Positions 9,780 through 17,668 of a stretch of 53,765 nt of DNA are shown here, in pieces. Within the stretch, counting starts at the first letter, position 1. Each line of letters opens with the position of its first letter. This stretch comes from a virus (taxonomy: Duplodnaviria; Caudoviricetes), in the IMG/VR virus record IMGVR_UViG_3300032046_000032, positions 1 to 53,765 of that record; one strand, given 5' to 3'. Under the pieces are notes generated by a model. It worked only from the letters and a program-made list of their open reading frames with translations. It was not told the DNA's origin and did not search any database. Position numbers and translations under genes: made by a program.

Positions 9780-12179
9780 TCACCATTCCGTCACGAAGTC
9801 TTCCGTCGCTTCATGGAATGTCCACTCAGTGCCTTGTCTAACCCAACACTCACCACCAAACCAGTATTTACGAATCTCGACATCCACCTTCCAGGGGACG
9901 CCCGGAAGGTGCTTCTCACCCATTTGAACCATCACCCGTTGCATGTCTTCAGCCTGCTTGAATAACTCAGGATGGCTTTCAGGTGTGTCTGTCATATTAC
10001 CGTCGACTTCGGCCATGTTACTGTCGTGGACTGTCAACACCATAGGAATATGGTAGTCACGCTGGAGCACTATAAGGGACTTCAAGGTCAGGTCTGACGC
10101 TGTACCCGCAATAACCGCGTGTACACAGGCCTTACGTGCATCGTCCAGGTTCTCACGTGTGAGGAGCTTGTAGTGCCTTCTGCGATGGAAAACGTTCTCA
10201 ACCCAACCCACCGTCTTCATTTGTACAAGCTGCGCACGCTTCCAAGCTAGCATCGTGGGCATACTTCTGTTATAGTCTACGACGAACTGATGTGCAACGT
10301 GTAGTGGCAAGCCAGCGTCCTGCGCAAAGGAATACTCAGTACCGCCGTACATGTAGGAGAAGTTAAACATCTTGCACAGGGCCCTCTGCGCCTTCGTATA
10401 GTCATCGCCGTACATTGCCTTGGCAACTTCGGAGTGTAAGTCGCGGTCATGCTGGTAGGCGTCGATCAGGAATGGTTCATTACTATAATACGCCATCGTA
10501 CGCAACTCCGCTTGCGAAAAGTCCGCGACTATGAGGACTTTGCCAGGCCCTGCTACATACATATGTCGAATGAGCGCGCCTGCCCAGTCATCAGGCCGTG
10601 GTATCGTTTGGAGCGCCGGGTTCCTAATTGACAAGCGGCCAACTTCAGTGCCATTAATCAGGACTGTTCCGTGAACTCTGCTATCGCTATCTCGCATAAC
10701 GCGCACATTGTCAACGTACGACGTCTTCAACTTATTCACGCGACGGTAATCACCGATGACCTCTATTATTGGGTGACGGCCTTTCAACTTATCCAAAGCC
10801 TCTGCACCCGTTGACCTCGGTTTCACATGCACGCTTTTAAGGAGCGGGAGGCCTATCTCGTCATACAATACACGGGCGAGCTGTACCGGTGATGCAGGAT
10901 TGAGGTCTGGGTGCCCGGAAAGCTCGATGAGCTTTCCGCGTGCCGCGTCGGCACGTTCTGTAAGTAACCTACCCGCCTCTTCCATCTGTGTCTCGTCGAC
11001 CGCTAACCCCAGGAGCTCCATATCTCTGAACGCTCTCGAAGCTTCCATGATGGGCTTCAGGAAGGGTTCTTCATACTGACCCTCAGCTCGTAGCCGAGCT
11101 TCGAATATCTCCCGTAGTTTCAAAGTAACTGCCACATCAAGTACGCCGTATTCTGCAAGCGCTTCAAAAGGTATCTTGGAGTACTTGTCGTTACGTGATG
11201 TCAAGTACTGCCCAATAAGCACCTCTTCATAATCGGGCAGACCGAACTCCAACTTTGCGATGGGCTTCAACCCTAGCGGGAAGGTCTCGTCGAGCACATA
11301 CTGTGCTAGCATCGTATCGAAGTCAAGTGCAACATCGACATCTAAGTGGGATTTCAGAAAGACGCAGTCAAACTTCCCGTTGTGAGCAGCTGTAAGTACA
11401 CGCCGAAAGAAAGCCTCCAGCACAGGGCCTGTGCCAGGTTCGTCGTACAACAGAGCATCGTCAACAACAACACCGAAGCTCTGATCCCAGCACATCTGCA
11501 GCATCAAAATGGGGTCGCGTGCCTTAGATACGGAGTCGCACCACTGGACCTGATCTGTTTCGAGATCGAATGCGGTCCAAGCATTGTCGGGGCACCCTGC
11601 AAGAATCTTCTTGAGATCCTTGAGGTCCCTCGCGACAACCACTTCGGGGTCAAACCCCAAGCGGAGTGAAGGACCTGCGATCGTCGAGGCCACCTCGGCT
11701 AGGAACACATTCGCTTCGGCCGCCTTCCTTAGAACATAAGCAGGATGCCAAGCAGGCTTCAGCCAATGCGTTTTGTCCCACTGAATCCATGCACTCTTGT
11801 GGGTAAAGGGTATGCCCAGCACTTCACAGGCTGTCTTGCCTAGGGTCATGATCGGCCCACTTGTCGCTCGAAGCTCAGCGACAAGTCGATCGCGACAGCA
11901 TACAAGCTCATTGTCATGCGGTGTGCGGTTATCCGGGGGCCTGCACAATACAGCGTTCGTCCGGTAAGTGTCCAGAGGATCACTACCTGCTTCCGCGATA
12001 GCAATGTCTAGAAGTTGCCCAGCCATCCCGACAAAGGGTTTACCCAGTTCAACTTCAGTAGCACCTGGCGCTTCACCCACACAAACTAACGCCGCGTCGT
12101 ACCTTCCTGAGGGAGGTACGAAAGGCTCGTCCTTCAGCGTACATAAGTTGCACTTAGCGTGCAAGGCCTTAGGTTTCAT
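9780..12179 (-). CDS. polA: DNA polymerase family A with N-terminal family-4 uracil-DNA glycosylase domain and 3'-5' exonuclease
   Basis: UDG motifs CNLC, GEAPG, PFVG, NAVLCRPP, HPAYVLR; exonuclease motifs FDLET, HNGKFD, YGVLD; polymerase motifs A (ADFSQAELR), B (RALCKMFNFSYMYG), C (TVHDS). Confidence 0.95.
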   Translation of the reverse strand: MKPKALHAKCNLCTLKDEPFVPPSGRYDAALVCVGEAPGATEVELGKPFVGMAGQLLDIAIAEAGSDPLDTYRTNAVLCRPPDNRTPHDNELVCCRDRLVAELRATSGPIMTLGKTACEVLGIPFTHKSAWIQWDKTHWLKPAWHPAYVLRKAAEANVFLAEVASTIAGPSLRLGFDPEVVVARDLKDLKKILAGCPDNAWTAFDLETDQVQWCDSVSKARDPILMLQMCWDQSFGVVVDDALLYDEPGTGPVLEAFFRRVLTAAHNGKFDCVFLKSHLDVDVALDFDTMLAQYVLDETFPLGLKPIAKLEFGLPDYEEVLIGQYLTSRNDKYSKIPFEALAEYGVLDVAVTLKLREIFEARLRAEGQYEEPFLKPIMEASRAFRDMELLGLAVDETQMEEAGRLLTERADAARGKLIELSGHPDLNPASPVQLARVLYDEIGLPLLKSVHVKPRSTGAEALDKLKGRHPIIEVIGDYRRVNKLKTSYVDNVRVMRDSDSRVHGTVLINGTEVGRLSIRNPALQTIPRPDDWAGALIRHMYVAGPGKVLIVADFSQAELRTMAYYSNEPFLIDAYQHDRDLHSEVAKAMYGDDYTKAQRALCKMFNFSYMYGGTEYSFAQDAGLPLHVAHQFVVDYNRSMPTMLAWKRAQLVQMKTVGWVENVFHRRRHYKLLTRENLDDARKACVHAVIAGTASDLTLKSLIVLQRDYHIPMVLTVHDSNMAEVDGNMTDTPESHPELFKQAEDMQRVMVQMGEKHLPGVPWKVDVEIRKYWFGGECWVRQGTEWTFHEATEDFVTEW

Positions 12180-12424
12180 GGTTTGACCTTTGAGAGTACG
12201 ACTAGCCCAGGTGTTCTTACCCAGCCGAATGCTTCCAGTTGCTCGACGGCCGCAGTGGGCACGACCAGCCGGACAGCAGGAACTTTCATCGCGAACGCGA
12301 TAGCGATAAGCTCATCTAGCCGCTCGATATCTCCCTCAAGAATAATTGCAGAGCCCGACTCACGCTCGATGCATAGAATGCCCTCGACTTCTTTCGTGAG
12401 CTGGTTCTTCAGTATCACATGCAT
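12176..12424 (-). CDS. Hypothetical protein
   Basis: 82-aa ORF overlapping both neighbours in the operon. Confidence 0.6.
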   Translation of the reverse strand: MHVILKNQLTKEVEGILCIERESGSAIILEGDIERLDELIAIAFAMKVPAVRLVVPTAAVEQLEAFGWVRTPGLVVLSKVKP

Positions 12425-13122
12425 GCTAGGATCGCCTCGAGGTTCAGCTCTATACGCTCCAGGGGGATAGGAGCATCCCAGTCCAAAGAAGCGTGCCCGC
12501 TATGCAACGCCATACTGTGCTGAGCGTAGGCAATGGGGGCTCCAGAATCAACGCCCCTAACAGGCATTTGCATTGCCTTGATATGACTGAGCTCTCGAAG
12601 AGGATCTTCATAGAAGCCTAGCAAGTGAATGTCATACTTTCGAGTGAGCCCTAAGTCGTGGATAAGTCTCAAGGCGTGTGCTCTGCCGCCAGCAAGCGCT
12701 TCGTAGCGCTTAGCTATACCAATGGAGCGCCCACCTATCTCTTCAAGCTGTTGCAAGCATGCGGACCACTCACCCCAGGTCTTGCCTTGGGGGATTAGCA
12801 TACGCTTGCAAGGCGGAACGAAATGGGCAGCATCCCAAGTAGCTCTGGCGGTTGCAGGTCCGTCATCCAACACGTCGGGCATACAGATCTCATCCGCATC
12901 GACCCTCTCAGCGGCTGCAAGAACTTGGCCAAACGGAAGACCTGCATGCTCTGCCGCCCCGTTGTCGACAATGATAAAGTCGCCGCGTTCGTGTGCACGC
13001 GCATAGAACCTTACGTAGTCAGAGTCGTCGCCGGCATACTGACTCAGGACCATGTGGTACGAGAGTCTATACTGAAGCACAAGGGTGGACGCCCACAGGG
13101 GCGCGATTAGTGCGAACTTCAT
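12415..13122 (-). CDS. dpdA: Compact TGT-fold transglycosylase, DpdA-like (inserts 7-deazaguanine into DNA)
   Basis: Ordered TGT motifs IIVDNGA, MPDV, IPQG, SIGI, IHLLG, GVDSG; translationally coupled to folE in a que cluster. Confidence 0.75.
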   Translation of the reverse strand: MKFALIAPLWASTLVLQYRLSYHMVLSQYAGDDSDYVRFYARAHERGDFIIVDNGAAEHAGLPFGQVLAAAERVDADEICMPDVLDDGPATARATWDAAHFVPPCKRMLIPQGKTWGEWSACLQQLEEIGGRSIGIAKRYEALAGGRAHALRLIHDLGLTRKYDIHLLGFYEDPLRELSHIKAMQMPVRGVDSGAPIAYAQHSMALHSGHASLDWDAPIPLERIELNLEAILACM

Positions 13123-13718
13123 TTTGTCAATCCTGACAGGACGAGGAACTCCTGACGGGCTTCTGACGCCGTTAAGTAGACACCACGCATCTCGGAAGTA
13201 CGCATGACAGCGTTATGTTCGTTCACTCCACGACATGACATACAGGTGTGTACGGCTTCAACAACTACCGCGACGCCCATTGCTTTGAGGTTATGCTTCA
13301 AGAAAGAAGCAATGTCTCTCGTTAACTGTTCCTGCACTGAAGGACGCTTAGCGTACCAATGTACTAGACGGGGTATTTTACTCACGCCGACCTGCAACTC
13401 GTTTGGAATATAGCCGACGTGACACTTACCATAGTACGAAAACAGGTGATGCCGGCATATCGAGCTAAACTCGATGCCTGCAACAACAATCATCTGGTTC
13501 GCGACAGCAGGGAATGTCGTGAACTTGAACGGCATCTCCGTCTCCGGCCTGAACTCAAGCATCGCTGCCAGCCAGCGTTCCGCCGTTCGGTATGCAGAGT
13601 CATCCCAGCACTCGTTGCCGAAGATATCCTGTAGCATGATCTCTAAAGCTTGGACGCTGTCAATATCAATTGGAGTATACTCTCTCTCTATGTCATGATT
13701 GTTCGAAGGACCGGTCAT
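13119..13718 (-). CDS. folE: GTP cyclohydrolase I
   Basis: SICRHHLF, GVSKIPRLV, QEQLT, AVHTCMSCRGV motifs; start set at ATG 13718 after AAAGGAG. Confidence 0.95.
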   Translation of the reverse strand: MTGPSNNHDIEREYTPIDIDSVQALEIMLQDIFGNECWDDSAYRTAERWLAAMLEFRPETEMPFKFTTFPAVANQMIVVAGIEFSSICRHHLFSYYGKCHVGYIPNELQVGVSKIPRLVHWYAKRPSVQEQLTRDIASFLKHNLKAMGVAVVVEAVHTCMSCRGVNEHNAVMRTSEMRGVYLTASEARQEFLVLSGLTK

Positions 13719-13930
13719 TGGTGCTCCTTTCTCCATATTATGATTGTTCGAATGTTAAAGCATATCAAAACGACTTGTAGGCTAACTACAGCCCAGGACG
13801 TGGGTGTGATGGTCAAAGCCCAAGTCATAAAGACAACGCTGGACACCATGTACACATACATCGCGGCCATGCGATGGCGCGCCAGCAACCATGTACCTAC
13901 TAAGCTTAATCCCGCGCCGAGCCAGTCCAT
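13715..13930 (-). CDS. Small 3-TM membrane protein, PnuC/SemiSWEET-like
   Basis: 71 aa: MDWLGAGLSLVGTWLLA...; three hydrophobic helices; coupled to queE and folE. Confidence 0.55.
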   Translation of the reverse strand: MDWLGAGLSLVGTWLLARHRMAAMYVYMVSSVVFMTWALTITPTSWAVVSLQVVLICFNIRTIIIWRKEHQ

Positions 13931-14571
13931 TACTTCACACCGATCCTAAACTGTAATCTGTCGCCGTAGCGCCAGTCGGGATGTTTGTTAAGCCAGGATA
14001 GCGCCTTTACAATATGCTCCTGCGAAGGCGGCGTGCCCTCAGGCATCAAGGTACATATAGGGGCTCTTCGTGACACCACGGCAACCTCCTGCATAACCTT
14101 CTCAACGAGGTGCACGTCAAGGATGTCGTCCACAACCCACTTGACCTCAAAAGCCTGTACTTGGATGTCCTTCGGAGCGGCATACTTAAGGCGCTCCTTC
14201 GGGGACCAAGTTATAAAGTCCGGAGTGCGAACGCCTTTCAGCGAGTTCTGTCCCGATGTCTCGAGCTGAATGCGAAAGTCGTGGCTCCACAAAGATTGAC
14301 CTGCGTCACGAAGTTCGACGAACAACTTGTCGAGGTCGTATAGCGTAGGTTCGCCGCCTGTCACGACCACCAAAGGTCTAATAGGCTTGCAGGTGGCAAG
14401 TATCTCGTCGACTGTCATTTGCTTGCCACCTTTAGTCCAGGTGTACTTGGTGTCACACCATGTACAGCCTACGGAACATCCTTGGAGACGGATAAAGGTT
14501 GCAGGTGTGCCTGCTAGTACACCTTCTCCTTGGATTGACTGGAATATTTCGTTCACGGAATACGTAGTCAT
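13930..14571 (-). CDS. queE: 7-carboxy-7-deazaguanine synthase (radical SAM)
   Basis: EIFQSIQGEG, FIRLQGCSVGCTWCDT (CxxxCxxC), VTGGEP, ETSG, SPK motifs. Confidence 0.95.
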   Translation of the reverse strand: MTTYSVNEIFQSIQGEGVLAGTPATFIRLQGCSVGCTWCDTKYTWTKGGKQMTVDEILATCKPIRPLVVVTGGEPTLYDLDKLFVELRDAGQSLWSHDFRIQLETSGQNSLKGVRTPDFITWSPKERLKYAAPKDIQVQAFEVKWVVDDILDVHLVEKVMQEVAVVSRRAPICTLMPEGTPPSQEHIVKALSWLNKHPDWRYGDRLQFRIGVK

Positions 14572-14624
14572 AAGGCCTCCTGGGGGCAAGCAGGTACTGC
14601 CTCGCCCCTGTGTAAGTGCACCTG

Positions 14625-14993
14625 CTACTTCTTCAGTGGCACAGTCTCGAACTTGATTTGCGGAACCTTCGGCGCGTCAGGATTGACGTGCGTCTCCAAC
14701 AGCTCGTCTTTCCAGTTCGCAATAGCATTACCGTCCTTGTCGACATCGCGGCGTTGGAGATACAGCTTCGGATTGCGAAGAATCGGTCGGATAGGCAAGA
14801 TGTGGTTCTTCGAATAAGCGGCAATGCTTGCGCTCACTGAAGCGGGTTTCCGACCGATCTCGCTACTGTCAACTTCGGCCATGAAGAAGCCAGTGTTCAG
14901 GAAGGCCGTAACGATCGGTCCGATCACGCCACCGCGTGAAGACAGGACGCCTTGCGCTTCAACGGCGTCTGGATCAACCTGCAGGAATTTCAT
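14625..14993 (-). CDS. Hypothetical protein
   Basis: 122 aa with GAAGGAA RBS, co-oriented in the operon. Confidence 0.65.
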   Translation of the reverse strand: MKFLQVDPDAVEAQGVLSSRGGVIGPIVTAFLNTGFFMAEVDSSEIGRKPASVSASIAAYSKNHILPIRPILRNPKLYLQRRDVDKDGNAIANWKDELLETHVNPDAPKVPQIKFETVPLKK

Positions 14994-15036
14994 TTTGTTC
15001 CTTCTCTTTCTCTAGATAATCGATAGCCAGTTTGCA

Positions 15037-15426
15037 CTAGCTAGGGTGGTTCGCCGCTTGTATCATGCCGGCGAGTTCATAACGACGAGCAACCCAATCG
15101 GCTGGAATGGGATGTCCCGAAGTACCCATAAGATTGGTCATTTCGAGCGCCCAGAGGGCACGTTGCTTCTTAACGACTAAGAAAGGCAGAATAGAGCTCA
15201 GGATCTCAGCGGCCTTCTTACCGCCCCACTTGAGATTAGTAACCCTACTACCGCCAGGATGCATCGTGCCGCCATGCATCTGTTGGATAGCCTTGAGGAT
15301 GGTTTGATCGTTCTGCGAGATGACTACTGAAGGCATCGGCACCGAACTCGTTCTATCTACCGTCACGCACCCTTCGCCCTCGAAGAATCCTGCAATCCAT
15401 TCATCAGTAATATGGTACTCAGGCAT
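15037..15426 (-). CDS. LAGLIDADG homing endonuclease (single motif, free-standing)
   Basis: WIAGFFEGEG motif, ISQND, ILPFLVVKK. Confidence 0.85.
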   Translation of the reverse strand: MPEYHITDEWIAGFFEGEGCVTVDRTSSVPMPSVVISQNDQTILKAIQQMHGGTMHPGGSRVTNLKWGGKKAAEILSSILPFLVVKKQRALWALEMTNLMGTSGHPIPADWVARRYELAGMIQAANHPS

Positions 15427-15679
15427 GCTCCTCCTTTTTAAGGTAATCAATGGCTAACTGTGCGTAACCCTGTATGTCACGCCAGCCGTCAACCTTAGCT
15501 GGGTTGCCTAACAACCGGATGGCTTTGTTAAAGACCATCACTAGTGGGAACCATAGCGCAGGGAAGGCCTTGTGCAAGTTCAGTAACGGTTCCCAGAACT
15601 GCTGTAAGAACTCACCCGTGGTACGCCAGGCGTCTGCGTATTCGGCGTTACGCTCTTCAACGAGCTTCTTAACGTCCAT
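15419..15679 (-). CDS. Nucleotide-modification-associated all-alpha protein (DUF1599/DUF6378-like)
   Basis: ERNAEYADAW...KAIR...DGWRDIQGYA pattern; start at ATG 15679 after AAGGAGG. Confidence 0.6.
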   Translation of the reverse strand: MDVKKLVEERNAEYADAWRTTGEFLQQFWEPLLNLHKAFPALWFPLVMVFNKAIRLLGNPAKVDGWRDIQGYAQLAIDYLKKEEHA

Positions 15680-15689
15680 CAGCACCTCC

Positions 15690-15992
15690 TTATCCTTGCC
15701 GCAGGTACGCGGCAGCTTTCTCAAGTAAGATAGGGTCATCCTGAAAGAGGCCGATAGCCGTATTACAGGCAGGACAGAGAAGACTACGTATAGCTCCTGT
15801 ACCATGATCGTGATCGACTACGAACTGCTTCCTAAAGTACGACTGGTCGCGACCGCAGATCGCGCACTTGCCATTCTGCTTAATAAACAGTGCAGTATAC
15901 TCGTCGGGTGTAATCCCATACAATCGTTTGAGATTCGACCGCCGGTGAGCAGCTCGCCCTTGAGGTGTCTTGTAATACGGCTTCTTGGTCAT
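15690..15992 (-). CDS. Endonuclease VII-like (His-Me finger) nuclease
   Basis: YGIT...QNGKCAIC...VDHDH.TGAIRSLLCPACN motif. Confidence 0.9.
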   Translation of the reverse strand: MTKKPYYKTPQGRAAHRRSNLKRLYGITPDEYTALFIKQNGKCAICGRDQSYFRKQFVVDHDHGTGAIRSLLCPACNTAIGLFQDDPILLEKAAAYLRQG

Positions 15993-16432
15993 TCAGCCTC
16001 GTATACGTACGTAGCAGTACTCTTTGGTGTTTCATTTACAGTGATGACAAGTTCGTTGCGGGCACATCCATATATTGTAGCCCGTAAATCCGTGAAGACT
16101 TCGTGCCACAGAAACCTAGCGAGAAACTCGGCTGTTGATGCAGGCGCGTCTAGCAGGAACGCGTCGCCGCGTGCCTGCGCCACCACCGCGTAAGGGTCGA
16201 GGGCATTATGGTTACTTCGTGACACGATGTACCGATGGTCGATCGAGTCAACAATTGGCTTCACAATTTTGTCCAGTTCACCGTAATCGATGAGCATCCC
16301 ATCTCCCGGAAGGATCTTGCCAGCGTACGCGACGACGACTTCGTAATTATGGCCGTGGAGCCGGCCACATTTGGGGTGACCCTCAATTCGGTGAGCTGCA
16401 CAGAATGAATACTTACGTGTTATCGTGTACAT
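15989..16432 (-). CDS. queD: 6-carboxy-5,6,7,8-tetrahydropterin synthase
   Basis: FCAAH, KCGRLHGHNY, IDH, STAEFLA, VNET motifs. Confidence 0.95.
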   Translation of the reverse strand: MYTITRKYSFCAAHRIEGHPKCGRLHGHNYEVVVAYAGKILPGDGMLIDYGELDKIVKPIVDSIDHRYIVSRSNHNALDPYAVVAQARGDAFLLDAPASTAEFLARFLWHEVFTDLRATIYGCARNELVITVNETPKSTATYVYEAE

Positions 16433-17166
16433 TAGAGCCTCCACATTTTCCTAACGCAGCCATCCCAGTCAACAGGAACGCGGTACGGAACAGGGTCGAC
16501 GACACCATTATGCTTGAACGCTTCGATACGCTCGATGCAAGTTGGACACTCGCCGCACTGTAAGTAACCTCCGTTGCTAATGCCTACAGGTGAGTAGCAA
16601 GACCACGTTAGATGAAGAGGCGCCCACAGCTCCAACGCGCGCTTACAAACGTCAGCCTTCGACATCCAGATAAACGGGAACAGCAGGCGAACTTCATGAT
16701 ACGAGCCGACATAGACTGCGTTCGCCATGGCCCCGAGGAATTCCGGCGTGCAGTCCGGGTAAGCAAAATTATGGGCATCTTCCCCGTGCATACCGGCGTA
16801 GACGTACTGCGCCTTATGCGTGATGGCAATCGTTGTCGCGATGCTCAGCAGGTTCGCGTTACGGAAAGGGGCAACTGTGGGTGACGGTCCCACCGCTTGA
16901 CCCATCTCTTGATAGGTCAAGTGGGGCATCGTACCTTCGCCCATCAGAGCGGAGTTAGCACCCGTGAAGATACGTGGCAGTTCGACAACGACGTGTTCAG
17001 CATGGAACCATTCTGCAAGTTCCTTCGCAGCGTTCATCTCAGCCTGTTGATGTAAGCTACCGTAGCCTGCTGTTACGGCAACAAGTTCGTTGCAACCGTC
17101 TGCTCGTGCTTGTTCTGCGACGGTGCAAGAATCCATGCCGCCAGAAAGTAATACAATTGCCTTCAT
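16432..17166 (-). CDS. queC: 7-cyano-7-deazaguanine (preQ0) synthase
   Basis: LLSGGMDS, PFRN, YPDC, TWSCY, CGECPTC motifs; start at ATG 17166 after AAAGGAG (the frame stays open further upstream). Confidence 0.95.
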   Translation of the reverse strand: MKAIVLLSGGMDSCTVAEQARADGCNELVAVTAGYGSLHQQAEMNAAKELAEWFHAEHVVVELPRIFTGANSALMGEGTMPHLTYQEMGQAVGPSPTVAPFRNANLLSIATTIAITHKAQYVYAGMHGEDAHNFAYPDCTPEFLGAMANAVYVGSYHEVRLLFPFIWMSKADVCKRALELWAPLHLTWSCYSPVGISNGGYLQCGECPTCIERIEAFKHNGVVDPVPYRVPVDWDGCVRKMWRL

Positions 17167-17311
17167 AGAGCTCCTTTCTTTGGTAGTTAGTGAAAGTGTT
17201 ACTTGTACACTCGGTGTCATAGCTGCGGACACAAACGTCGGAGTTTCGAACATCAGAACCTCACTAGTTGAGCGTCGCAGAGACATGGGATATGCGGTTG
17301 TCAGACAGATG

Positions 17312-17668
17312 TCATTCATCGCTTGCCCGGCCTCTACGGCGCTCAAGTTGTTGCACCAACTTCTTTTCATGTTCGACGATGCGATGACAGTTAGCGCATA
17401 AGACATCGCACTTCGGGAGTTCTTCTTTTAGCATGTCAAAGCCTATCCGCCACCAGTCCGATATCGGTACGATCTTCTCAGTCGGGTCAGTATGATGCAT
17501 CTCAAGGACAATTGGATTCCGTTCACCACATCGGCGACATCCTCGTTCAGCTTTGTAATCAAGTAGCCACTGCCGACGCTTCTCAACCGATTTGGCGTGC
17601 GACGCCTTACGGGCACGTCGGTGCTCCACCTGATCTTCCGCATAATACACCTGGTCACTATAAGTCAT
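17312..17668 (-). CDS. HNH endonuclease
   Basis: CRRCG...EMHH.DP...KCDVLCANCH. Confidence 0.85.
   Translation of the reverse strand: MTYSDQVYYAEDQVEHRRARKASHAKSVEKRRQWLLDYKAERGCRRCGERNPIVLEMHHTDPTEKIVPISDWWRIGFDMLKEELPKCDVLCANCHRIVEHEKKLVQQLERRRGRASDE

Noticed and set aside
17240-17275. Hammerhead ribozyme core (CTGATG..GAAA on the minus strand) upstream of queC
   Set aside because: It lacks the full CUGANGA, has no stem II, and stem III cannot form.
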